This document shows, one piece after another, positions 50,012-59,577 of a DNA stretch of 64,000 nucleotides (the stretch's first letter is position 1; each line of letters begins with the position of its first letter). The position numbers and the translations under genes were made by a program. The notes below the pieces were generated by a model. That model made no database searches. It worked only from the letters and a program-made list of their open reading frames with translations, and was not told the origin of the DNA. Origin of the DNA: an uncultured Gemmatimonadales bacterium (GTDB taxonomy: Bacteria > Gemmatimonadota > Gemmatimonadetes > Gemmatimonadales > GWC2-71-9); the NCBI GenBank assembly GCA_963798915.1, contig CAWCVB010000001.1:256001-320000 (forward strand). The letters run 5' to 3'.

Positions 50012-52628
50012 ATGCTCCCCCGCACCGTGGTGCTGGTCTATCTCCTGCTCCTCTCCGCTCGCTCCGCGGCGGGCCAGGACACCCTGCCCTATCGCAATCC
50101 GCGGCTCTCTGCCGCCACGCGCGCGCGCGACCTGCTGGCCCGCATGACGCTGGAGGAAAAGTTCTGGCAGCTCTACATGGTGCCGGGCGATCTCTCGGAT
50201 TCCACCACCGATCATTCCCATGGCATTTTCGGCCTGCAGGTGCCCTCGGCGGCGTCTCCGTCGGCGGATGCGGAGCGGATCAACGTCATCCAGCGATACT
50301 TCGTTGGGCATACGCGGCTGGGCATCCCCATCATCCCGTTTGAGGAAGCGGTCCATGGCCTGGCGCGGCCTGGTGCCACCGTCTTTCCGCAGGCCATCGG
50401 CCTTGCCGCGACATGGGATACCGCGCTGATGACCGAGGTGGCGACCGCGGCCGCTGCCGAAACCCGGTCGCGGGGCATCCGCCAGGTGCTTGCGCCGGTG
50501 GTGAATCTGGCCGGCGACGTCCGCTGGGGCCGAGTGGAGGAAACCTATGGAGAAGATCCCTGGCTGGCTTCCGCCATGGCTCGGGCGTACGTCTCCGCAT
50601 TTGAGCGGAATGGCGTGGTAACGACACCCAAGCACTTTGTCGCCAACGTCGGCGCTGGCGGGCGCGACAGCTATCCGATACATGCCGACCGGCGCAAGCT
50701 GGAGGACTATTTCTTTCCGCCCTTCCGCGCCGCCATGGCGGCCGGCGCGCAATCGGTGATGACGGCGTACAATTCTGTCAACGGCATTCCCGCCACCCAG
50801 AATCACTGGCTCCTGACCGACGTGCTGCGGCATGACTGGAAGTTTTGGCGGCTTCGTGATCTCCGATGCCGCCGCCACCGGCGGCGCCGTGGTGCTGCAC
50901 CACACCGAACCGGACACTCCGACGGCGGCCGCCCATGCGTTCAAGGCTGGGCTGGATGTGGTCTTTCAGTCCTCCTGGCCCCAGTACCGGCCGTACTGGG
51001 ATGCGGTTCGGCACGGCCTGGTGCCACTGGCGGTGATCGATTCCGCGGTGATGCACGTGGCGGAGGCCAAGTTCCGGCTGGGGTTGTTCGAGGAGCCCTC
51101 TGTCAGCCCGGACAGCGCGGGCCTGGTCAATGGCAGCGCAGCGCACCTGGCACTGACTCGGCGCGCGGCCCAGGAATCGATGGTACTGCTGCGGAATCGT
51201 GGCATCCTCCCGCTCAGCGATACGGTTCGCTCGGTGGCGGTGATCGGTGTCGACGCCACCGAAGCGCGACTGGGCGGCTATAGCGGCCCTGGCGTGCGTC
51301 ATCTCTCCATCCTTGACGGGATCCGCGCGCAGCTTGGCGTGGACCGGGTGCGCTTTGCGCCGGGCCCGGGCCGGGACTCGATGCAATTCACGCTGGTACC
51401 CGGTTCAGCGCTCAGCGCCGACTCCGCTGGGGCGCGGGTCGCCGGCCTCCACGCCGAATATTTTGGCAACATCCATCTCAACGGCGCACCCGCGGTCACA
51501 CGTTACGACAGCACGCTGGACTTTCACTGGACGCTGAGCCCGCCGGCCCGTGGAATCCCGCTCGACTGGTACTCGGTGCGCTGGACCGGCACACTCACCA
51601 CCGGGCCACGCGTGATGCGCCGACTCGGCGTGGAGGGCGACGACGGCTATCGCCTGTATCTGGACGGCAAGCTGCTGATCGACAACTGGACCAAGCGCTC
51701 GCATGGGAGCCAGCTCGCCGAGGTCGGACTTGCTCCCGGGTCGTCGCACAGCGTCCGGCTGGAATATTTCGAGACCACCGGCAATGGCCGGGTCCGGCTG
51801 GTCTGGGATGATGGCCAGGCGGAAGGTTGGCATGCGTCGGTGGACAGCGCGGTCCGTCTGGCTCGGCAAAGTGACGCGGCCATCATTGTTGCCGGCATCG
51901 AGGAAGGCGAATTCCGCGACCGCGCCCGGCTGAGCCTGCCCGGCCACCAGGAAGAACTGATCCGGGCGGTCGCTGCAACGGGCCGTCCGGTCGTGGTCGT
52001 GCTGATCGGCGGGAGTGCCGTGACCATGGGACGGTGGCTGGAGCAGGCTGACGCCGTGCTGGAGGCCTGGTATCCTGGGGACGAAGGTGGCGCAGCCGTG
52101 GCGGACGTGCTCTGGGGCCGGGTCAATCCTGCCGGTCGGCTACCCATCACCTTCCCGATGGAGGAAGGCCAGCTCCCGCTCAGCTACTATCACCAGCCGA
52201 CCGGCCGAGGCGATGACTACGTGGACCTCACGGGCCGACCGCTCTTTCCCTTCGGGTTTGGGCTGAGCTACACCAGCTTTGAATATTCCAATCTCGTGAT
52301 TGCGCCGGACACCATCAGCGCCGATGGCTCCGCCGAGATTCGTTTCCGGGTGCGGAACGTGGGCAAGGCGGCGGGGGATGAGGTGCCCCAGCTCTACCTG
52401 CGCGATGAGCTTGCCTCGGTTGCTCGTCCCGTGATCCAGCTCGCGGGATTTGCGCGGGTGCAGCTGGCGCCGGGCCAAGCGCGCGAGGTCCGCTTCCGGC
52501 TCTCACGGGAGCAACTGCAGCTGCTGGACGCCGATTTCCGTTGGGTGGTGGAGCCCGGGGTGTTCCGTGTCATGGTTGGGGCATCATCCCGCGATATCCG
52601 GTTGCGGGGCGCGTTGGTGGTGCGGTGA
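50012..52628 (+). CDS. GH3 beta-glucosidase with PA14 and Fn3-like domains, frameshift near 50846
   Basis: EEAVHG, RWGRVEETYGEDP, KHFVAN, GFVISD, EGEFRDR, AWYPG, PFGFGLSYT; extra T in AAGTTTTGGC. Confidence 0.92.
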
Positions 52629-52631
52629 ATA

Positions 52632-52664
52632 GGCTGAGGGCTGAGGGCTGAAGGCTGAAGGCTG
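52632..52664. repeat. Heptamer GGCTGA(G/A) array
   Basis: Read directly. Confidence 0.8.
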
Positions 52665-52734
52665 CGCGAAGAGGTTCGTAACACCTGTCATTGCGAGCAT
52701 CCGTGCAGGGGCGGCCTGCGGCCGCCCTCGGAGC

Positions 52735-52814
52735 CATTTGCGGCGCGCCGCAACTGCTCAACGCGGAGGCGCGGAGAGCGCGGAGGCACGCAGAGGGATC
52801 CTTGTGCCGACATG
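52735..52814 (+). repeat. 80-bp direct repeat, copy A
   Basis: 79/80 identical to 58718-58797 by eye. Confidence 0.9.
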
Positions 52815-52962
52815 TGGACGCTGGCACGGCCAGCGCGCCCGGGGCAAACCCTTCAAGCTCGCGCTGGTGGCCTGCATGCGTCGCCTGCTCACAATTGCCA
52901 ATGCGCTGCTGCGCGATCGGCAGCCGTGGAATCCCCACTACCTCCACCAGGCGCTTGCCTGA
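52815..52962 (+). pseudogene. IS110-family transposase C-terminal remnant
   Basis: GKPFKLALVACMRRLLTIANALLRDRQPW matches the typical IS110 C-terminus. Confidence 0.8.
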
Positions 52963-53083
52963 ACACCGTTGCTCTGCGTTGAAAAAAAGGGGTAGGATCG
53001 TCCAGCGAGCGTCGCATCGCGGGCAGTCGTTGCGGTCGTCATGGCTTCTTTGAGCGCGTGTACGTCGTGTATACGGTCACGGA

Positions 53084-53410
53084 TCAGGTGCCGGCTGAAC
53101 TGGCGACGACCGGCCACCGCACGAGGGCAACGCCGAGAGTGATCATGAATGCCGGCAGCAGGTCGTTGTTCAGCGCCGCAACCGGCGCCACAGTGTCGGT
53201 CACGTTGCGGAACATGCCGATGAGGCCCATGCCTGCTGTGGCGACACCGAACCAGCCGATCCACTTGCGGGTAGCTGGCGCGCGAAGCCATACGATGGAC
53301 GTAAGCAGAAAGAACACACTGACGGAAAGTCCGCCCAGAAATTCACCGATGTAGTTGCCAAGGTAGATGTTGAGACCATCGAACACGGCGGCAGGGCCGA
53401 CTGAAAGATT
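53084..53410 (-). pseudogene. Truncated membrane protein (DUF4386-like C-terminal half)
   Basis: YLGNYIGEFLG plus 3 TM helices; no N-terminal half. Confidence 0.6.
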
Positions 53411-53456
53411 CCCGGCGATCCCCCATCTATCCTATCAGGCATGATGAATCCGAGCC

Positions 53457-53993
53457 ATGATGGCCACGGCTGACGCCGACCGCGAGGCAGCCGCAGCCGC
53501 GGTGGCAGGGGACGCCAGGGCATTCGAACGCCTGTATCTGGTGCATGCCCCGAGGATCCACGCGCTGGCGCGGTGGCTTGCCGATCCGGTCGAGGCGCCG
53601 GACCTGGTGCAAGAGGTCTTCCTGCTGGCCTGGCGAAAGCTCGATACCTACCGGGGGGAAGCGGCGTTCGGCACCTGGCTGCGCCGCCTGGCCGTGAACC
53701 TGATCATCGCCGAGCGGCGCACCAGACGCTCGAGGGAGCACTCCCGGATGATGGAGCTGTCGGAAGCAAGCGTACCTGACCGTACAGCCGGGCCCGAGGT
53801 GGAGGGGCGACTGACAGTGCAAATGGCCCTGGAGTCGCTCCCCGACACCCTCCGTCAGGTTGTGGTTCTGCACGATGTGGAGGGGTTCCGCCACGGAGAG
53901 ATCGGGGCACTGCTCGGCATCCCCGCCGGCACATCGGCCTCGCGGCTCCACCATGCCCGCTTGCAGCTGCGGAGGATTCTCGGTGACGATTGA
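53457..53993 (+). CDS. ECF RNA polymerase sigma factor
   Basis: GDARAFERLY, DLVQEVF, FGTWL, VLHDVEG, SRLHHAR. Confidence 0.93.
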   Translation: MMATADADREAAAAAVAGDARAFERLYLVHAPRIHALARWLADPVEAPDLVQEVFLLAWRKLDTYRGEAAFGTWLRRLAVNLIIAERRTRRSREHSRMMELSEASVPDRTAGPEVEGRLTVQMALESLPDTLRQVVVLHDVEGFRHGEIGALLGIPAGTSASRLHHARLQLRRILGDD

Positions 53994-54525
53994 ACCATGT
54001 CCGCTTGCCGATAGCGAGGTCTGGTCTCGCTATCTCGATGGCGAGCTCGAGGAGGCTCGGCGGGCCGAATGGGATCGCCATCTCCTGGAATGCCCCGCCT
54101 GTATGGCCTCCGTGCGCTCCCTCCAGGCAGTGGTGCGCGCCACTCGTCGGGTCGCCGGGGTCGTACCGCCGGGGGAGGTCTGGAGCGGAATCGCGAGTCG
54201 ACTCGAGGCGCCGCACCCCACGCGCCGTCCTCTGCCGGCTCGTGGCTGGCTCGCCGCTGCGGCCATTCTCCTGGCCATCGGACTCACTTTCCTGTTTCGT
54301 CAACCCACAGCCACGACGACTCGCTGGGCGTATGCGGCTGATCCCGTGGCCACGTCAGCGGTCCGCGAGGCGCTCACCACGCTCGATCAGGCCATTCAGG
54401 AGAGTGAAGCCGCCCTCGCCCGGCGTCCGGATGACTCGTTCATCCGGCGATCGCTGGAAATCGCCCGGACCGACCGTGCCGAGCTGCTGGATCGGACCAA
54501 CCAGTTGCTGGGACGGGTGCAATGA
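53983..54525 (+). CDS. zf-HC2 (ZAS) anti-sigma factor
   Basis: YLDGEL, HLLECPAC, single TM. Confidence 0.88.
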   Translation: MTIEPCPLADSEVWSRYLDGELEEARRAEWDRHLLECPACMASVRSLQAVVRATRRVAGVVPPGEVWSGIASRLEAPHPTRRPLPARGWLAAAAILLAIGLTFLFRQPTATTTRWAYAADPVATSAVREALTTLDQAIQESEAALARRPDDSFIRRSLEIARTDRAELLDRTNQLLGRVQ

Positions 54526-55475
54526 CAGCGCTCGCGCTGGCCCTCGCCCTGGTCGGGGCGAGTGCCCCGGGGCCTGCCGGCCCGGCCTGGGTCGCGCTCG
54601 GTCGTGACACGACCATCGCGACGCCGGCGGGGACGAGAGCGGAGGTGCTGGTGCTCGCCGGCCAGATCCGGGTGCGGACCTGGCAGCGCGCCGCCGTGGC
54701 GATCCGGGTATCCGGCGGGCCGGATCGCGCGGTGATCGCCCTGCTCGATGCCGGGGTGCTGCGCATCCGGCCCGCTGGGGCGGAGGGGATGCGACGACCG
54801 CGGATCTCGATCGGGCCGCAACAAGATGTCACCGCCGACGTGGAGGTGCTGCGCTCCGGCGGCGATCCCCCCCCGCTGACCATCGAGATCACTATGCCGG
54901 AGTCGATGTCGCTCGACATTTCCGCCATCGACGCCGGCCTGGATATCGAGGGCCTCAATGCGCCGCTCAGGGGGACGGCCGTCCATGGCATGCTTCAGGT
55001 GGATCGCGGCATCGGCACGATGATACTCGAGACGCTCGACGGCACTGTGTCGGTGCGCAGCGCGCGCGGCCGGGTGGCGATCACCGCGCCGAATGGCCGC
55101 GCGGCGGTGTCCGGACTGCGGGGATCGCTCGAATTCCGCTCGGTCAACGGCGGTATCGCGATCGAGTCGTCGATCCTCGACAGCGCCACCGTGCGCACCT
55201 ACAACGGGGGCATTCGCTTCAGTGGCTGGTTCACCGGCCGCGGTCCCCTGGCGGTGTGGACATTCAATGGTGACGTGACATTCACGGTCGCCCATGGTAC
55301 CGCTGCCCGATTCGAGCTAGCCACTGCGGACGGCGGAATCACGGTGCGCGCGTCGCTGCCTGCACACCTGTACGACGCGAACCGCCGGGGCTCGCTGGTG
55401 CTCGGCGATGGGGGGCCGCGGGTGCAACTGGAAACCTTTCACGGCAATATCACCGTGGTGGAGGAATCACAATGA
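54522..55475 (+). CDS. DUF4097 beta-strand repeat protein
   Basis: Repeated (T/S)xNGxI motifs; signal peptide. Confidence 0.85.
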   Translation: MTALALALALVGASAPGPAGPAWVALGRDTTIATPAGTRAEVLVLAGQIRVRTWQRAAVAIRVSGGPDRAVIALLDAGVLRIRPAGAEGMRRPRISIGPQQDVTADVEVLRSGGDPPPLTIEITMPESMSLDISAIDAGLDIEGLNAPLRGTAVHGMLQVDRGIGTMILETLDGTVSVRSARGRVAITAPNGRAAVSGLRGSLEFRSVNGGIAIESSILDSATVRTYNGGIRFSGWFTGRGPLAVWTFNGDVTFTVAHGTAARFELATADGGITVRASLPAHLYDANRRGSLVLGDGGPRVQLETFHGNITVVEESQ

Positions 55476-57070
55476 CGGTTCCACGAGGTCAGTACCACAT
55501 CACCGTTCTTCTGGGTTGCCTGATTCTCGGCGTCGCTCCCGCGGTGCGTGGCCAGCAGGGCCCCGTACTTCAGGCCGGGCTACCGGTGGGAGCGCACGCC
55601 GTCGGGTTCCGCCACGAATGGATCATCGACCCGACGCGAGTCTGGCCGCTCAGTGAACGCCTCGATTCCACCAACGGCTCGGTCGCCCGGCACATGCGGG
55701 TCGACGTCTGGTACCCTGCCATGGCGACTCCTGAATGCACGCACCCGCGGCTCGCCAATTTCGTGAAGCCCGACCCCCCAAGCGCCGAGTTCGAGGAGTC
55801 GAACCGGTGGGTGGAGCGGTGGGATTCGCAGTCCTATGAAGGGTATGCCCGAAGCGCCGATCGGCCTCTCGAAACCTTCATGGCCGTTCGCACCCTTGCC
55901 TGTCGCGACGCCCAGCCAGCGGAGGGGAGATTCCCGCTGGTGCTCTACTCGGGCGGCTGGTACAACCGTTCTCCGGATAACGCGGCGCTGGCGGAATACC
56001 TGGCTGGCCACGGATATGTGGTAGCCGAAGTGCCACTCCTCGGTGACGGACTCTGGACCGGCAACCTGGCATCGAGCCCGAGTGCCATCGAGACCCAGAT
56101 GCGCGACGTGGAAACGGCGCTCGGCGCGCTGATCGACAAGCCCTGGGTCGATCGACGCCGGGTGGCGGTGATGGGTTTCAGCTCGGGCGGGATCGTGGCG
56201 CTGCTGCTCGAGGGTCGCAACCCGATCATCGATGCCGTGGTGGGACTCGATCCCTCATACGGCGGCGACGTGGACAAGGTCTTCGGGTCGCCCTATTTCG
56301 ACATGGAGCGGAGTCGGCGACCGCTGCTCACCCTTCGAGCCGGGAATGAGCGTTTCACCCAGCGTGACCGGTCGGTCGTGATCGACTCGATGCACCTGGC
56401 CGACCGCTACACCGCGGATGTGGGGCGCTCCTCGCACGGTGACTTCAGCGATGACGTTGTGCTGGAGACCCTCCTCTCGCTGGATCGCCCGGGCGAACCA
56501 CGAACCTCCGCCGAGGGACTGGCGGGATACCGCGCATCGGCCCTGGCCACACGCCTCTTCCTCGACGGGATCCTTCGAGGGCGTGCCCCGGCGTTCGACT
56601 CGCTCCGGTCGGTCGTGCCCGACCAGCTGCGGTGGACGGTGCGACCCGGCGCCCGCATCCCGTCCACGAGTGGCTGGGTCGACCGCATTGGGCAAGAAGG
56701 CGCGGATGCTGCTGCGGCGGCCGCCGGGCGGCTCCGCGACGCGAATCCGGGCGTGACCGTGGTGAGGCAATCGGAAATCAACCGCGAGGGATATCGCCTC
56801 ATCGGGGCGGATCGGGGGAGGGAGGCCGTTGCGGTGATGCGGTTCAACGTGCTGATGTTCCCGTCGTCCGCCAATCCCTTCGACAGCCTGGCCGATGCCT
56901 GCGTGGCGGCGGACGACCGGGCCTGTGCAATCAGGGCCTATCGAGGGTTGCTTCGTGTCATGCCATCAGACGCCAGTCTTCCAAAGGAAGTTGGCGATCG
57001 GATGGCCGATCAGGCCCGACGGAAACTGAAGGAGTGGGGAGCGACCCCGGAGTCTCCTCCGGGAACCTGA
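55472..57070 (+). CDS. Secreted alpha/beta hydrolase with C-terminal TPR
   Basis: VWYPA, LAGHGYVV, GFSSG, LDP, H; SANPFDSLAD. Confidence 0.85.
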   Translation: MTVPRGQYHITVLLGCLILGVAPAVRGQQGPVLQAGLPVGAHAVGFRHEWIIDPTRVWPLSERLDSTNGSVARHMRVDVWYPAMATPECTHPRLANFVKPDPPSAEFEESNRWVERWDSQSYEGYARSADRPLETFMAVRTLACRDAQPAEGRFPLVLYSGGWYNRSPDNAALAEYLAGHGYVVAEVPLLGDGLWTGNLASSPSAIETQMRDVETALGALIDKPWVDRRRVAVMGFSSGGIVALLLEGRNPIIDAVVGLDPSYGGDVDKVFGSPYFDMERSRRPLLTLRAGNERFTQRDRSVVIDSMHLADRYTADVGRSSHGDFSDDVVLETLLSLDRPGEPRTSAEGLAGYRASALATRLFLDGILRGRAPAFDSLRSVVPDQLRWTVRPGARIPSTSGWVDRIGQEGADAAAAAAGRLRDANPGVTVVRQSEINREGYRLIGADRGREAVAVMRFNVLMFPSSANPFDSLADACVAADDRACAIRAYRGLLRVMPSDASLPKEVGDRMADQARRKLKEWGATPESPPGT

Positions 57071-57252
57071 GCAGCACCGCCGCCTCCGCCGCCGTGATCG
57101 CCTGGATGGCGAGCAGCGTGCCGGCCCGGTCTGGCCCCGATGGGCGTGCCGATTCTTACGATCCGCACGGCGACCGATGCGACGTCCGGTGCATCCTGAG
57201 ATGCGTCGGCCATCCTTGCCGAATGGTGGCGTACCCAGCACTGGAGATGCAG

Positions 57253-58467
57253 ATGATGGGTCAGCAACTCAGGCTCCGTTTCGCGATTCCCGTTGGCGCA
57301 CCTGCCGTCCGGACGACGCTCCCGGCCCCCGTCGAATGGGAGCCGGCCCGGAAACCGTCTCCCCGCCCCGTACGCCATGTGTGGACGACCCGTCGACTCA
57401 CCCTGATCCTGGCTGGTCTCGCGACGCTGGCGTCGCCAGCCGCCCTCCGGGCACAACGGCAGCCTGCCGACCGGGTACACATCCAGGTCGATACGGCAGA
57501 GGCGGTGGCAGTCCTGCGGATCATGAAGGTGCGCCGAGCTGGCGGGCAGGTGCCGGACGAAGACTGGGGTCGCCTCTTTTCGACCGAAGGTTACGAGCGG
57601 CTCCAGGTGCGCGAGGCCGCCGTGAAGCGGCCGTTCTCCGATTCAGAGTTCGCTGCGTTTGTCGATTCCGACACGCTGGGACAGCGCGCAGCGTCCTTGC
57701 AACGCGCGCTGAGCGCCTGGGAGGGGGCCGACCTGCAGGCGGCGGCTCAGCGGGCCCTTGCCTACCTGCCCTCCGACGGCCGGATCACCGCGACGATCTA
57801 TATCGTCGTCAAGCCCAAGACCAACAGTTTCGTGTGGGACGTCGAAACCCGGCCGGCGATCTTCCTCTATCTCGATCCGGACGTCACCGCACCGAAGTTT
57901 GCCAACACCGTGGCGCATGAGCTCCATCACATCGGCTTCGCCAGCATCAGGAGCCGCACCGACTCGATGCTGGCCTCCCTGCCGGACAGCGTGCGCCCGG
58001 CCGCGGAATGGATGGGGGCCTTCGGGGAGGGATTCGCCATGCTGACCGCCGCGGGCGGGCCCGACGTGCATCCCCATGCTGACAGCCCTGCAGCCGACCG
58101 TGCCCGGTGGGACCATGACATGGCGAACGTCAACCAGGACCTCCGGACCCTGGACAGCTTTTTCCTGGATGTAATCGAGGGACGCCTGAGCACACCTGAC
58201 ACGCTGCGGGCAGTGGCCTCGACGTTCTACGGCATCCAAGGCCCGTGGTATACGGTGGGATGGAAAATGGCGACCGTTATCGAGAAACGATTCGGTCGCC
58301 CGGAACTGATCCGCTGCATGACGGATCCGAGACGGCTCCTGGATCGCTATGACGCGGCTGCCGCGGACTACAATCGGACCCATGCGGACACACTGGCCAC
58401 CTGGTCGCCGCTGCTGCTGACTGCCATGGGCGTCCAACGGGCCACCCGCGCTGGAGGCAGCATGTGA
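57253..58467 (+). CDS. Putative Zn-dependent protease (DUF5700-like)
   Basis: AHELHH, GEGFA, WYTVGW; start uncertain. Confidence 0.8.
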   Translation: MMGQQLRLRFAIPVGAPAVRTTLPAPVEWEPARKPSPRPVRHVWTTRRLTLILAGLATLASPAALRAQRQPADRVHIQVDTAEAVAVLRIMKVRRAGGQVPDEDWGRLFSTEGYERLQVREAAVKRPFSDSEFAAFVDSDTLGQRAASLQRALSAWEGADLQAAAQRALAYLPSDGRITATIYIVVKPKTNSFVWDVETRPAIFLYLDPDVTAPKFANTVAHELHHIGFASIRSRTDSMLASLPDSVRPAAEWMGAFGEGFAMLTAAGGPDVHPHADSPAADRARWDHDMANVNQDLRTLDSFFLDVIEGRLSTPDTLRAVASTFYGIQGPWYTVGWKMATVIEKRFGRPELIRCMTDPRRLLDRYDAAAADYNRTHADTLATWSPLLLTAMGVQRATRAGGSM

Positions 58468-58717
58468 ACGCGGGATGAGAATGGTCCGGCCACCTCGCAG
58501 TTGTCACCCGAACGCCGTCTGACATATCGTCCGATGACGCTCCATCATGCCCCGCTCAGGCGACAATGTACAGCGGGAACAGGGCTCAAGCCGACACGGG
58601 CCGGTCAATGATGCGGCTCAGTGTGGTGTTCGCCTGATGATCATCGGGTGGACTCGCGTCGCTTCGCCCTCATCTCCGCCGCTCGTCCCGCGAGGATCGC
58701 TGTATTGCTATCGTCGG

Positions 58718-58797
58718 CATTTGCGGCGCGCCGCAACTGCTCAACGCGGAGGCGCGGAGGGCGCGGAGGCACGCAGAGGGATCCTTGTGCCGACATG
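58718..58797 (+). repeat. 80-bp direct repeat, copy B
   Basis: See 52735-52814. Confidence 0.9.
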
Positions 58798-58904
58798 CTT
58801 CGCTTGCCGGGGGCAGCTCGCAAGGCGTTTTCGTGGCTGGCCAGGTGAGATTCGGATCCTCCGAGCCGTCGCGAAACCCTCCGCGCTCACCGCCCGACCC
58901 CACC

Positions 58905-59377
58905 TCACCAGACCGGGCGCCAGATTAGACTGGTCGAGCCGAAGGCTGTCCCCAGCGCCACCCCCAATCCCAATGGGATGAGCGCGCCGACCTCGGCAGC
59001 CGACCGACAATCCGACGTGTCGCACACGCTATGAGCGAACGCGATGAACAATCCGCCCAGCGCGGCCCCGATGCCACCGCCAATCAAGGCACCACGCTTC
59101 CAGTGTGACCCGGTGGCGACATCGAGATGCATGACGCTCGAGGTCTCGACGGTCTCCACTGCCGAGCGACGTCAGTGAGGAACAGGGCGGCCCGGATAGC
59201 GGCAGTAGGTGATCGTCGCCTGCCCGAGCAGGATCGGCGCGAGCAGTCGGCCGCGTGGCGCGGCTTCCGGGTGAGATGGAGACGGACAATGGCGCCTGAA
59301 TCGACCGGAATGACCTGCTGGGCCGTCGCAAGGGACGACCAGCAGACAAGCAGGAGCATGGTTGTGCGGGAGATCAT
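58905..59377 (-). pseudogene. Secreted/membrane hypothetical protein with glycine zipper, several frameshifts
   Basis: Signal peptide, VRL, YCRYPG, GALIGGGIGAALGG spread over different frames. Confidence 0.55.
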
Positions 59378-59577
59378 GCCACTCGCTTTCAGCGGTGCGG
59401 CGGCGTGCGTGAGAGGGTGAGCGCTAGGCGCGCAGCGCATAGCGGGCTGAGCTGCGCATGCGCCGGAGCCGGCTGCGCTTTCTGTGCGTCCTCCGCGTCT
59501 CCGTGGCAAGCAGTTCGGGAGCCGCGGCCTGACGACCGATGACTGACGACGGACGACGTTTGACGCGTCCATACGAG

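Noticed and set aside
50835..50855. Programmed frameshift in the GH3 gene
   Set aside because: An extra T in a homopolymer, in a window with many similar indels; error is more parsimonious
56632..57252. N-terminal 200 aa of the 611-aa ORF
   Set aside because: Overlaps the upstream hydrolase in another frame and is low-complexity; the real start is later
58480..59520. Integron attC sites around the small genes
   Set aside because: No convincing RYYYAAC...GTTRRRY pair and no integrase
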